A DNA stretch of 64,000 nt from Octopus vulgaris (taxonomy: Eukaryota). Position numbers and translations under genes: made by a program. How positions within the stretch are numbered: position 1 is the first letter of the stretch; every line of letters starts with the position of its first letter. Of this stretch, positions 13,083 to 25,577 are shown piece by piece. The notes below the pieces were generated by a model, which saw nothing but the letters and a program-made list of their open reading frames with translations, made no database searches and was not told the origin of the DNA. The stretch lies in NCBI GenBank assembly GCA_951406725.2, contig OX597830.1:68324001-68388000 (forward strand). The letters run 5' to 3'.

Positions 13083-14893
13083 GGAGAGAGAGGGAGAGAG
13101 AGAGAAAGGAGAGAGAGAGTGAGAGAGAGAGAGTAAAAAAGTTTGGAATTGTTAATATTTGAAACTTCTTGGATTTCATTGCATATATCACTCCACCAAT
13201 TTTCCTGCATCATCCTCAGCTTCGTCTGCACTATTGCTTTTACTGCCTTGAAGTGTGTAGCCACTGTCCTGATTGCTGGCAGGTCAATATTTTGCAACAT
13301 GTTAAATGCCTTTTGCTTCTCCTCTAAGACAAAACTAACTTCTTCATCATTATAGTCAAACCAATCTCGGTGTCTTTTTTGCAACAAACCCAAGAATGTT
13401 ACTACAAATCTTGTACACTCTTTCTTTGAATGACTTCCAGCTTCCACCACAGGACAAATTCCATCACAACTCCCATCACAAACTCATTGCGTACTGATGG
13501 AGTCTTAAGTTTATTGACATCAATCCGATTAGGTAACATGTCATTATTTGCTCTAACCTTAGGCTTGAGAGCAAAATTCACCTTGGCACACAAAAGCTTA
13601 TGATCAATCAAGCACTCTGCACCACACATCAATCGTAGTATAGCAAAGCCCCTAGTACCTCGTTTCCTGGAGAGGATGTAATCTACAAGGTACCATTTCT
13701 TAGAACCAGGGTGCATCCATGTTGTTTTACACTTACTCTTTCGTTGAAACATTGTATTCATGATACACAAATCCATCTCTACGCACATATATAACAGTAA
13801 TAAACCATTATTGTTGGAACTCCCAACGCTATGCTTTCCTAAGACACCCCAGGTCTACAAATCTGCACCAACGCGTACATTAAAATCACCTAAAATGACA
13901 ACTTTGTCATCATGAGTAACGCTGCGTATAATCACTGTTAAGTGATAGATAGAAGGCAAGTTTATCATCTATATAAGATATAGGACAAGAGGAAAGCTGT
14001 TCAATCTCAAAAGACTCTGTGCCAAAAGGAAAGATGATTGTGACCTGTTGGAACATTCCCAGAAAGATATGCAGCATATTGTGAATGCGATTTCTGCAGC
14101 ATGTGCAGCATTTGGTCTAACGATCAATCTAAAAGAAAAACTGTTATGAAGTACCAGCCCACTCCCACAAAATGTATGTGGAACCTTTTATAACTGTGAA
14201 TAGTCAAAGGCTGGAGGCTGCACCTAGACTTATTTATGTAGGAAGTACCTTGAGCGCTGCTGGTCTTCATGATAGCATTTCATACAGAATCAGCAGGGCT
14301 AGAAGTGCTTTTGGTAGACTAGATAGTCGTCTGTAGAAAAAACATAATATAAATTAAAGTTAAGGTATATAACACGTGCGACCTCCCATCTTTGTTATAG
14401 GGGAGTGAGGTGAGTTTAATGGGTTGTTTAATGTAGGCATGTAAGTCATTGGAATGATTCCATGAATACTGTCTAAGAAAAGGTTTGAGGATAAACTGGA
14501 AAAATGGCCATGAGTAATGTGGCGCTGCTCGAGAGGAGTGGCAGTAGAAGTACAGATTCAAAGATTTTGTAAAAAACTTTGAGGTTGGAGTCGGAAGATA
14601 TTTGGTAAGGATGAGTGATGAGCGACTACCCAAGCAGCTATTGTGTGGTGAGCTGGAAGACGGCAGGAGACCAGCACATGAGCCTAAACTAAGATTTAAG
14701 GATTGCCTTAAGAATGCTCTAATACAGACAGGAATTACAGCTGGTGATTGAGAGAGGGAGGCACAAGACCGCGATGAATGGAAGAAGATAGTGCATAATG
14801 GTTGTTCAAGGTTCGAGGGGGAGAGAATGAAGTATGAGATAATTAGAAGGGAGTTTAGAAGGAGGGAACCAGTGGAAAGTGAGAGAGTGTTGC

Positions 14894-14937
<44 letters not shown>

Positions 14938-15303
14938 TTTGTGTGTGTGCGGTTTGTGGGAAGAGGTGTTTGACTCGTGCAGGCCTGGTGAGCCATCAAA
15001 AATCTTACAGGAATCGACCCATGATAAACAGTGATGTGACTATTAAAATTCACAACGGAACATGTGTAAAATGTGGAAGAGAGTGCCTCTCATCTGGAGG
15101 TCTGGAAAGACACGTTAAGAGAGTGAATATGGTGGCACCTGTTTCTGCTGCCAGCCAGCACAGTTGTGCAGTATGTAATAAAATGTGTAAAAGTTTGGTT
15201 GGGCTTAAAAGTCATATAAGCGCATCCCATGGCATCAACAATGAATCATTTCAGTAAGTCTTCTTGGAAATGGCTTTTCTCGTGTAACGAGGGTGCAGCT
15301 ATG
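11700..15303 (+). mobile_element. Near full-length degenerate RTE-clade LINE with an internal ~1.8-kb inversion (12177-13966 on minus)
   Basis: Plus: IGCWNVRTL...RVGFTIK...ATLITAYA. Minus middle: TTWMHPGSKKWYLVDYIL, WKEHFDDLLN, FNDLTKAFDSI, GCPEKFV. Plus again: IYIRYRTRGKLFNLKRL, RMSDERLPKQLL, C2H2-like CVKCGREC/CAVCNKMC...H; ends in (TATG)n. Confidence 0.9.
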
Positions 15304-15528
15304 ATGTATGTATGTATGTATGTATGTATGTATGTATGTATGTATGTATGTATGCATGTATGTATGCATGTATGCATGTATGTATGTATGTATGTATGTA
15401 TGTATGTATGTATGTATGTATGTATGTATGTATGTATGTATGTATGTATGTATGTATGTATGTATGTATGTATGTATGTATGTATGTATGTATGTATGTA
15501 TGTATGTATGTATGCATGTATGCATGTA

Positions 15529-15561
<33 letters not shown>
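15304..15561. repeat. (TATG)n followed by (TA)n microsatellite
   Basis: Direct reading; lies between the RTE 3' end and the PLE 3' end. Confidence 0.97.
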
Positions 15562-17530
15562 GTAATTGTAATATGTGACAATTATTTGCTAGCCGTGATA
15601 AAAATCCGAGTTTCGGATGTCGGGGTGGAAAGCCACGCCGCCATCTCTTCAGTTATCCGGCCATCAGAAGAAACGCTATGAAAATAACCGTTAAACAAAG
15701 GGAAATTACTGTGTGATTGACCGTTATTAAGACAAAAGAGCTATTTGAATGACCGCTAAGTGAGGGGAGGGAATAAAAGTAAGGGGGTAAAATGTTCATA
15801 GTATTCGCGTAAGCACGCATGTCCATACCTACACATGCGCGTCCTCACACCCACGCACATGCACCTATAAGTATACACTCATTCACCCTCACTTGAAACG
15901 TGCACATTCTCACCCACACCATTCGCCATACACACATGCGCACCAACTAGGTTCGTACACACATCTATATACGCACATACCCGTATGCACGCACACACAC
16001 GCGTCTATATAAGCACATACTCGCATGCACGCACACACACACATCTATATATGCACATATCAACACACACGCACACATCTATACGCACGCACAAACGATT
16101 CCATATACACGTCTATATACGCACAGGTAAAATGCAGGGTGGAAGGTAGAATAAGGAAAAATTATGAGTAAAACATATATGAGCAATAAACCTATAAAAC
16201 TATCTCTATAGATATGTAAAAAATACGTATAAATGATATATAAATATATATAAAAATATATAAGAAATATAAGTAAAAATTATAAAGAGATAAAAAGCTT
16301 GTACGTGAACACAATATAGAAAGCAAGTCCTATCTGTAATCTCGGCAGGACCAAAAACGTAACAAATATTGAGCCACGTATGGGCATGATCCGAAAAGTT
16401 CAATTCTTGAATTCAGACATGTAGCGGGGTCTAAGATGCTTTTCCAGATGAGCCATCTTTCCATATCACAAAGACCACTCTTTCCACTGCCGTTGGTGTA
16501 GGGTTTAAACTTGGCTAAGATCTTCTAATGAATGTTGTAACTGACACCTTTATCCTTTAATGACCATATATGACTGGATAATTTGGTCGTTTTCCTTTTA
16601 TCCCAGTGCCTGAAGCTCAAGGTGTGATTATCGAACCTGGCCTTGAAACTACCCTCTGTAAGGCCTATGTATTTCTTCGTCGAAACCGTGTCCTTAGTGG
16701 ATATAGATTCCACGGTGGCTTCATAAATGATGGTCTTGGTCATGCAAGCTCCATTTAGCGGGCACAAATTGTTATCCCTGCATGAACAGCTGATTTTGTA
16801 TTGTGATTTTTGTGGGTTGTGTGCGATTATATTTTTAAAATTGGTAGTTGAGCTGAAACTGATTTTTAAGTTATGTCTATTGAAGAGCTTTCTGTAAGTA
16901 TGGTTGACTGGAACACGTCTATCAGTGCTAAGAAATACTTGCCTATATTGAAGCTCACCTCGGGTGAGTAGGGGTGTGTGAACCAGATAGTTTTCCTATT
17001 CCTATGTTTCCTCTTCTTTATTATTGGACTGGTGGCAGGTGTTTAGGTTATTTCCTCGCCAAAACCACTATCTTTTATATCTTTTATCTTTTCAAACGCT
17101 ATTAAAAATGTCCCTATCGGAGGAGAGGCTAGAAAATCTTTTGCTACAGTTTTTAACTAAATTTTTAAACAGTACGGGGGGATGGCAAGAATCCACATTA
17201 ACATAACTAAGTCTATCGTTGGGCTTCCTATAAGGCTTATAAATGTTCTTATTTAGATCTAAGGATACACCTAGGAAATTGACAACCGTCAGGTTGGTGT
17301 CTGTAGTCATGCTAAGTCTGTAGTCATGCTAAGTCATGCTAAGATATCGTCCTTCCTAAACCGATCCTGTGCTGGTCCATTGGTATTAGCAGTTAAGGCG
17401 AGGGCATCGTCTTTGTAAATGGCGAAGTATACGTCAGGAAAGATCATGCCCAACGTATCGAGTAGGAATAGTCCAATAAGATAGCAAAGAGATACACCAA
17501 TAATAAAAATAAAAATACATCGCATCAAAG
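15562..17530 (-). mobile_element. 5'-truncated Penelope-like element (RT C-terminus, GIY-YIG endonuclease, 3' region)
   Basis: FAIYKDDALAL (YxDD), VNFLGVSLDL...YRKPND...YVNVDSCHPP (PLE thumb), CPLNGACM...IIYEATV...KKYIGLTEGSFKARFDNH (GIY-YIG); frameshifted. Confidence 0.9.
15593..15660 (-). ncRNA. Degenerate hammerhead ribozyme motif in the PLE 3' region
   Basis: Minus strand: ccggataa-CTGAAGA-gatggcggcgtgg cttt ccaccccgacatc-c-GAAAC...ttatcacgg. Stems I and II are evident; stem III and the cleavage triplet are imperfect. Confidence 0.55.
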
Positions 17531-18323
17531 TCTTGAACGATAGTATACAAATCGCACATAGAACTGGATGCGGATATAAATGCTACGGCAAAACGATCGG
17601 CCACCTTTTATATATGGATGACCTAAAACTATACGCTGCAAATGACAAACAATTGGAAACACTATTAAAGACAGTTCATGGATTTACCAAAGAAATAGAT
17701 ATGAAATTTGGATTAGAAAAATGCGCCAAAGTAACCATGAAAAGAGGAAAACTAGTTAAGAGTAGCAACATCACACTAGATAAAACCAATGAAATAAAAG
17801 AATTAGACCAAAGCCAAACTTACAAATACTTGGGAATCCATGAACTAGATAAGACACAACATACACAAATGAAAGAGAAAATAAAAAAAGAATATTATAG
17901 ACGAGTTAGATCAATACTAAAAACAGAGCTCAATGCTAAAAACAAGATAATAGGTATTAACACTTTAGCTGTCCCAGTTATAAGTTACAGCTACAATATC
18001 CTTTAACTGGACACGAAATGAACTGACCAAAATAGATAGGAAAACAAGAAAAATAATGACAGGATCTAGGATGCATCACCCAAAATCTGACATAGAAAAG
18101 ACTATATATACAACGTATAGAAGGTGGTAGGGGCCTTATACAGCTGGAAAACTACTATAAAATAACCACCATAGGACTGCAAAAATATCTACTTCAGAAG
18201 GAAGGAAGACTGATACAAATAGCGGCAAAACACGAGCAAAACAAAAAACTGTTCTCAGTATTTAAGGAAGCTGACAAATACAAACAGGAAATCATACCAC
18301 CTAATAAATATGAAGAAGAAGAA

Positions 18324-18367
<44 letters not shown>

Positions 18368-19056
18368 TGAAGAAGAAGATGAAGAAGAAGATGAAGAAGA
18401 AGAAGAAGAAGACGATGAAGAAGAAGAAGAAGAAGAAGAAGAAGAAGAAGAAGAAGAAGAAGAAGAAGAAGAAGAAGAAGAAACAACAAAAGCTATAAAA
18501 CAAATGAAATCCAAACTAAAAATAGAACAGCAACGAACCATGATAAAACGATGGCAAGAAAATCCCCTTCATGGTAAATACTGGACTAAACTAAACGCAA
18601 AAGAAATAGACAAAGAAAAATCCCAGCAATGGTTGAGAAGCTCAGGACTCAAAGCAGAAACAGAGGGATTTTTAATTGCAGCACAAGACCAAAGCCTCCT
18701 CACCAGAAATTACCAAAAACATGTAATGAAACGAAATATTTCAAGTAACTGCAGAATATGTGGAGATGGACAAGAAACAATAAATCAAATTATCTCTAGC
18801 TGCCCAGTCCTGGCTAAGAAGGAATATATTCACAGACATGATAGAGTTGGAACTACATACATTGGAAGCTATGCCAACATTATGGAATAACAACATAAAA
18901 AAGATGGTATAGGCACACACCAGAAAAGGTCACAGAAAACGAGAAAGCAACCATACTCTGGGATATGCCGATACACACAGATAGAGAAATTAAGGCCAAC
19001 AGACCAGGTATAGTTGTCAGAGATCATGAAGAAAAAAATGCTTTCTAATTGATGTA
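17531..19056 (+). mobile_element. R4/Dong-clade non-LTR retrotransposon fragment (RT C-terminus, CCHC knuckle, start of restriction-like endonuclease)
   Basis: HLLYMDDLKLYA, MKFGLEKCA, YKYLGI, INTLAVPVISYS, GGRGL, LIAAQDQSL, CRICGDGQETINQIISSCPVLA, YIHRHD, then ILWDMPIHTDREIKANRP in another frame. Confidence 0.9.
18312..18482 (+). repeat. (GAA/GAT)n microsatellite inside the R4-like ORF
   Basis: 171-bp trinucleotide run, in frame with the flanking coding sequence. Confidence 0.95.
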
Positions 19057-19259
19057 TCTTGCAACAGTACTGGATCTCAGAAATCCCGCGTTGGTGTCCG
19101 GTGAATTGGAAGACCACTGGGAGAAAGTCATTCTGAATTAAAAATATATAGGGAACGGCATTGAACATTTTGAAGATCTTTTGTTTGCACTTGTGAGTAT
19201 GGTCCTCCATATCCAGTGCAACAACGGGCCTGCGACCCGTTGTTGCACTGTATATCTTG

Positions 19260-19545
19260 CGTTAGTTTTTCTCTGGATCATCAAAGATGAGTGGTGAAGA
19301 GGGCCTGTGAGGTGTTATGAAGCCTTATTGGACCTAAGATTGTAGGTTGTGCAATTGCCAACGAGGCGACTCTCTGATACCCAGTCCAGTAGAGAGGCGA
19401 AGCGGGCGTGAACTTTTGTGAAGCCAACAGTGGGTGCAAGGACCACATGCACGGGCAATGCCGGCATTTTGCCTGGACACTGGACATTGTTGGTTGCTAG
19501 TGGATTACCATTACATAAATGTTTCTGTTTCATATTCTCCATGAA
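19260..19545 (-). mobile_element. Possible highly decayed CR1/L2-like LINE 3' fragment
   Basis: Weak residual motifs only (YNLRS near the C-terminus). Confidence 0.3.
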
Positions 19546-19789
19546 TGAAAGAATAAATGAAAATCAGTCACTCGCATTTTACGATTAATTGTTGACACTC
19601 TTCGAAGTCTTACAACTAATAATAAATGTCTTATTTATTAAGATACTACCTTAACTACCGAAGTAAATAATTGTGTTAAATGCTGAAAGCTCAAATTTAA
19701 GCATTATCCTAGTTCGTTTCTCTATTTGGGGATGATCAATTTATCTTTTGTACTTTCCTCATTATTGTAGATTCCATTTTTATTGACTC

Positions 19790-20330
19790 AGCCATTATAG
19801 AAGCTGGTGTTTGAGACCACGGTCACCATACATGCTTGAGAAGTATAGCCTATCAAAATCTCCAATGAATTTGAAGTTTTTGTACCACGTAGCAGCTCAT
19901 TGGATCTATATCCATCTCACTGAGTTCTGATAGTGACCAGTTCAAAACGTATAGTATAGGTGTGAGGAAAAGCACTGCAAAGGAGCAGTACACGTGTTGT
20001 AAACTGAGAGTTCAGATGACCATTGTTTTTTACCCTCTTCAAGAACTTATATTTTGTCCGCTCCTTATGAATGGACCCGACATTCTCATCCTGTTCAAGA
20101 CATTTGTAACTTTTCCAAGAGAGCTGAGACTGTATTTCTAGGTGGTTAATGTTTAATGTGTTGGAGAGGGGGAAAAAGGTTACCAAATTTTGTCTCTCAA
20201 AGTTTACATTTGGACACAACAAATTCCATTCCGATATCTTTTAAGAAAAGGATTATGAGATCCAGTTGCTCTTTATCGTGGTTAATATTTGGCTCATACT
20301 GCTTCAGATCATTAACAAAGAAAAGATAAG
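19790..20330 (-). mobile_element. Older, heavily decayed R4/Dong-like RT fragment
   Basis: Minus-strand translation across frameshifts gives KDIGMEFVVSKC...WSSELSVYNT...GDFDRLYFSSMYGDRGL, paralleling 17690-18140. Confidence 0.6.
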
Positions 20331-21798
20331 AGATGTTATTGAAACCGTTCCTATGGCTGTTATGTTTGATGGCTGTTAAGGCTGTTATGTTAGATTAGAT
20401 ATGACATCGGGGACTCAATGACAGACAGAAAGGAAGCATGGAGAGAAAGAGGAAGCACATGAGAGAGGGAGGGGATGTAGGAGAAATAGAAAAAAAGGGT
20501 ATCTTAGGAAATATCAGTCTGTGAAAAGTAAAGAAACTAGTTTGAAATTATATTATATTTAAGAGAAATGATAAAGGGAGAATAAATACTCCTCAAAACA
20601 ATAGAGGAGAGAAAGGAAAGAAACATGGTGAGAAAGAAAGTACAGAAGAGAGGGAGGGGGATGTAAGACATATATGAAGATGGGTGTCTTTGGAAATGGT
20701 CAGTCTGTGAATTGATTGACAGAGAGCATTAGCAGTTGGAAAATAAATATAAATAGAAATATTCCCAAATATATGAATAATAGTATATATTGTTTCAGGG
20801 AGAAAAAGATAGATCTATACAAATATACACATATACCCAAATCGAAGGTCGCTCAGACACCCGAAGACGAACACACACAAAATAAAGTGTATACATATAT
20901 ATGCATGTATGTATGCATGCATGTGTGCATGTAGGTAGGTATTTATGTATGTATGAATGCATGTAATATGTGTGTATCTATGTATGCATGTATGCATGTA
21001 TGTTTGTATGTATGCATATGCGTGTGTGTATGTATATGGTTAGGTAGATAGGGATCACGGCAAGTACGTGTATACCTATGAAAATAGGTTCAACCAAAAC
21101 TTTATTGCTAATGATTTTGTTGCTGCATTTCTCGTTCCTAAGGGTTGATGTTACATGGCAACGCCTGGGTATGTTTAAAAGAGGGCAGAGTATTTATGAG
21201 AATTTCAAGAAACATTTCAAATCGAATACAAACATATTAAATAAATCTGCGTGGTACATGAATTCCGAGAGAGATAAAGGAGACTGAACGTGGTTTTATG
21301 CGTGAGAGAATGTGCACATGTGTGAGTGCGTGCCTGTATGTGTATGTGTGTGTGTGTGTTATTTATATATTTACATGTCCAAACCTATTACGATATTTGT
21401 CATCCTTGTTTCACTTTGAAGCTAACAACCAATGTATCATAGTATTAAATTGAAAAGGATTTTAGATGCTTATAGCTAAATCCACACCCTAATATTCCCT
21501 TACATACCTTATCGTGAATATAGTTCAATGCTTCTTTGCTGTAATATCATTTGCCCAGACAGAAGTTGATTTCTATACAAAGATGTTTGTGATTATTCAT
21601 TGAATAAGGAAGAAAAAATAATAATACAACGTGTAGGTTTGTTCAAAATGGAGCAGAACATGATTCATCGATTAATTATGAGAACGTGAGCAACAATTTC
21701 AAATGGATTACAAAGAACTAAATCAAAATTGCATGGTACGTAAATTACGAGCGGCAATAAGGATATTGGATGCCGCTAAATACTTCTGTGTATGACGT

Positions 21799-21875
<77 letters not shown>

Positions 21876-23017
21876 CGTGTGTGTACGTGTGTGTGCATGT
21901 GAATGTTTGTGTGTCTGATTCATATATTTACCTGTCAAACCCTGTAATGCTACTCTCCTTCGTTCTTTCACTTTGCAGCTAGCAACCATGGCAGTTTAAT
22001 TATATATGCATGAAGCATACATTTATGTATGTATGTATGTATGTATGTATGTATGTATGTATGTATGTATGTATGTATAGGTACGTATGTATGTATATGT
22101 ACGTAGGTATTTATGTGTGTATGTTTGTATGTATATATCTCTGTAACTATGTATGCACGTGTGTGTATGTATGTGATTTGCTGTCTCTTTTCAATATTGA
22201 CCGGGCAGCTACATATTATCAAGGTTGTAAAGAAAAGTTTCTAAATTTAACTGAAAATATGTCCCATGCAATCAGTAACCCCTAAAATGTTTTCAGACTG
22301 CTAGGGCTTCACTGTATCTTTCGCTTATTAATGATTTCCTATCAATGTCTCGTTTTTGGATTTCAAATGCTTTGCCTTCGAATTGCGATGTGATGTGGCG
22401 GAGACTTTCATTTAATTAGAAATATCTGCTAATCAAAACAGTGTATACCCTGTGGCTACAGCTTCCAACAATTATAATTCCGTTAATTATCTTTTCCTGT
22501 TACTCATCTCTCTCACCCTCAACAGGCTCGACAGCGATAAAACGTATTTTTGAGCAATATCTTAATAATAATTATCGATGTTAAGTCTGTATGTCAATAT
22601 TTACGAATACATTTACGCCTGCATGAGCACACACACACACGCATATATATGCATGACAAATTCCGATAAACACAAGGCTAGATTGTTCGTTCCAACTTAC
22701 GTTTCACGATTCTAGTTCTTTGCGACACCGCATTGGATGTTTCAAGTGGAATGGATTCTTAACAACAACGGATCATCAGGGAACATCTTACTGCATCACG
22801 TTATATACGCCTAATGTCTTGAGTTGGGCAGATGGCGCGAGATTTTATAAAAATTTTGAGAGGAAAGGATGAAAAAGATATGATCAGAGAAAGATAAAGG
22901 GAGACGAAGAAAGAAAGAAAAATGTGAGAGAGAAAACGACAATATTGTAATTATAAAAAGAAAGAATGAAAGATGAGAAGAACTGAACTGGAAAACTGAA
23001 TAAAGATAAAACAAAAT

Positions 23018-23182
23018 AGGCGTAGGAGTGGCTGTGTGGTAAGTAGCTTGGTTAGGATCCACATGGTTCCGGGTTCAGTCCCACTGTGTGGCGCCTTGGG
23101 CAAGTGTCTTCTATAGCCTCAGGCTGACCAATGCCTTGTCAGTGGATTTGGTAGACGGAAAATGAAAGAAGCCTGTCGTATG

Positions 23183-23227
<45 letters not shown>

Positions 23228-23464
23228 GTATGTGTTTGTGTATATGTTTGCGTGTCTGTGTTTGTCCCCCCAACATCGCTTGACAACCGATGCTGGTGTG
23301 TTTACGTCCCCGTAACTTAGCGGGTCGGCAAAAGACCCCGATAGAATAAGTACTAGGCCTACATACAAGTCCTGGTGTCGATTTGCTCGACTAAAGGCAG
23401 TGCTCCAGCATGGCAGCAGTCAAATGACTGAAACAAGTAAGAGAGTAAAAGAGTAAAAAGAGTA
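23018..23464 (+). mobile_element. tRNA-derived SINE (Octopus-type); copies or halves at 27740-28105(-), 32840-33080, 38768-39238, 42491-42725, 48464-48630, 49705-49948(-)
   Basis: 5' tRNA-like head (GTGGCTGTGTGGTAAG A-box; GGGTTCAGTCCC B-box), central (TA)n and a 3' tail of repeated GAGTAAAA. Confidence 0.85.
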
Positions 23465-24760
23465 AAATATTTTAAAATAAAATCATGTTAAGAGAAATAG
23501 TAAAGACACAAACAATAAATAAATAAATAAATGAATAAATAAATACTCTCCAAAATATAAAGTAGACGAGAGACAGAAAGTAAGCGCTGTGAGAAGGAGA
23601 AAGCTCATGAAAGAGGGAGGGGAAGGAAGAGGACTATAAAAAGGTTATCTTTGGAAATGGTCAGTCTGTGAAAAGTAAAGAAAATCGTTTGAAATTATAT
23701 TTAAGAGAAATGATAAAGGGAGAATAAATACTCCTCAAAACAAAAGAGGAGAGAAAGGAAAGAAAGATGGTGAGAAAGAAAGTTCAGAAGAGAGGGAGGG
23801 GGATATAAGACAGACATGAAGATGGGTGTCTTTGGAAATGGTCAGTCTGTGAATTGATTGACAGAGAGCATTAGCAGTTGGAAAATAAATAGAAATAGAA
23901 ATATACCCGAATATATGAATATTAGTAGGGTATGATCATACAGGGCAAAAGTACCGGAAGGTATATTTCAATGTTGCAAAAGGACTAAATCGTACCACGT
24001 ATATATATATATATATATACACATATATATATATATATATATATATAAAACTGAAATGCACTTTTACCGTTTGGCTGGCTTTCAATGCCACAACGTCCCG
24101 TCCGATTCGCTCTAGAATTTACAGGGACATGTAGAATGAGGAGATGATGCCTGTGGGCTACGTTAGAAATCCCTATCTTAAAAGGTGTGGTTGATAGGGG
24201 CCATCTTTCTCACGCACGCTATTTCCTCCATTCCCCTCTTACTTCCTTCAAATATAACTTTGACATTATCCACTCCCGTTATTTAATGTATTCCCTTCAA
24301 ATCCCTTTCACTTTTCCTTTATAAGTTCGTCACACGGCGTTCTTTGATCGATCTGCCTGAAATCACAGGGAGAATTATCATTGCCACCAACAACACACAA
24401 TCATGAAAACAAATATTATGAATCAGATATTCATTGCGTTCATTTATATATATGTGTGTGTGTGTGTTCGATATATAAATATGTATATATAATGTAAATA
24501 TACAAAGTGTATATATCTGCATTTATGTATATTAAACCTTTTAATACTTTTTGATAGTTATATATATTTTTAAACAAATTATAAATAAAATTTAATAATT
24601 TTTATTTTAAATTTAAGAAGTTTAAATTTTTCAATTTTATATATTTTCTCTATGATATTTTTATTTTTATTTTTTTGTTTTTGTTTTTTTGCCTATTAGT
24701 GATTTTATCTCTAATTTAATTTATACATATATATATATATAATTTGTAATTATAGTGCGT

Positions 24761-24836
<76 letters not shown>

Positions 24837-24837
24837 T

Positions 24838-25280
24838 GAAAAAACAAGTAAAAAATAGAAAATGCTAAAATAATTTTATAGTGAACATTTCAGTACCGGT
24901 TTCGGTCATTTTGAGACCTTTTCAACTGTAACGATTAAATAATTAAATTTAGAAAAATTAGAAGAAAAGTTTTTTTAAAACAATATTTCTATAGTAGTGT
25001 TCAGATTTAAGTGGCATTCTGCCTTTCTCTGACTCCCTTGTTTGCACTTGTGTGTTCGAGGTAGTTGTGAGTTCTTGGTAGGGTAGTAGAGGGAAGGCTG
25101 GTGAGGAAAGGGGGTGGGAGAATCTGGGAGTGCCCTGATGGTCGTATTTTGAATGGTCAGTGGCGGCTGGCAGTCTCAGTTCAATTCAGGAGAATATTTA
25201 TATCGACAGGCTTGTTTATAGAATTAGCGTAGGTGTTATACTAAAAAACATTAGTGACAAACTTAAGGGGTAGGGGGTGG

Positions 25281-25313
<33 letters not shown>

Positions 25314-25500
25314 AGAAGGAGAAGGAGAAGGAGAAGATGATGGTGATGGTGGTGATGATTATGACGACGATGATGATGATAACGATGATGATGAAGAAGA
25401 AGAAGAAGAAGAAGGAGGAGAAGGAGAAGATGGTGGTGATGATGGTGGCGATGATGATGACGCCGATGATGATGATAACGATGATGATGAAGAAGAAGAA
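24838..25500 (-). mobile_element. Copy-specific insertion in (TA)n: PLE-like 3' fragment plus GAA/GAT repeats
   Basis: Absent from homologous positions in other units; contains a hammerhead motif; minus-strand ...PLKFVTNVF* may be an ORF end. Confidence 0.6.
24891..24928 (-). ncRNA. Minimal type I hammerhead ribozyme, U3-A8 core variant
   Basis: Minus strand: CAG-TTGAAAA-GGTC-tcaaaat-GACC-GAA-ACCGGT-A-CTG; palindromic ACCGGT stem III, GUA cleavage triplet. Confidence 0.7.
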
Positions 25501-25577
25501 GATATATATATATATATATATATAATGTGTGCATTATATGGTCGGTCGGTTCAGCTGAAAATATGCACACCTATGAA

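Noticed and set aside
14895-15257. Host C2H2 zinc-finger gene
   Set aside because: Contiguous with the RTE ORF C-terminus and followed by the element's 3' microsatellite tail.
15229-15681. ORFs such as MYVCMYVC..., HTHT..., YIYI..., poly-K/S/F here and throughout
   Set aside because: Translations of microsatellites.
17298-17343. Short tandem duplication (gtctgtagtcatgctaa) in the PLE RT
   Set aside because: Ordinary slippage mutation in a dead copy.
21078-21287. Recurrent ORF (LLHFSFLRVDVTWQRLGMFK...) resembling a secreted-peptide gene family
   Set aside because: It recurs only because the block is duplicated. Starts vary, one copy has a deletion (~54520) and no known motif is present; a small exon cannot be fully excluded.
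23018-23095. Functional tRNA gene
   Set aside because: SINE head; no complete cloverleaf and it continues into the SINE body.
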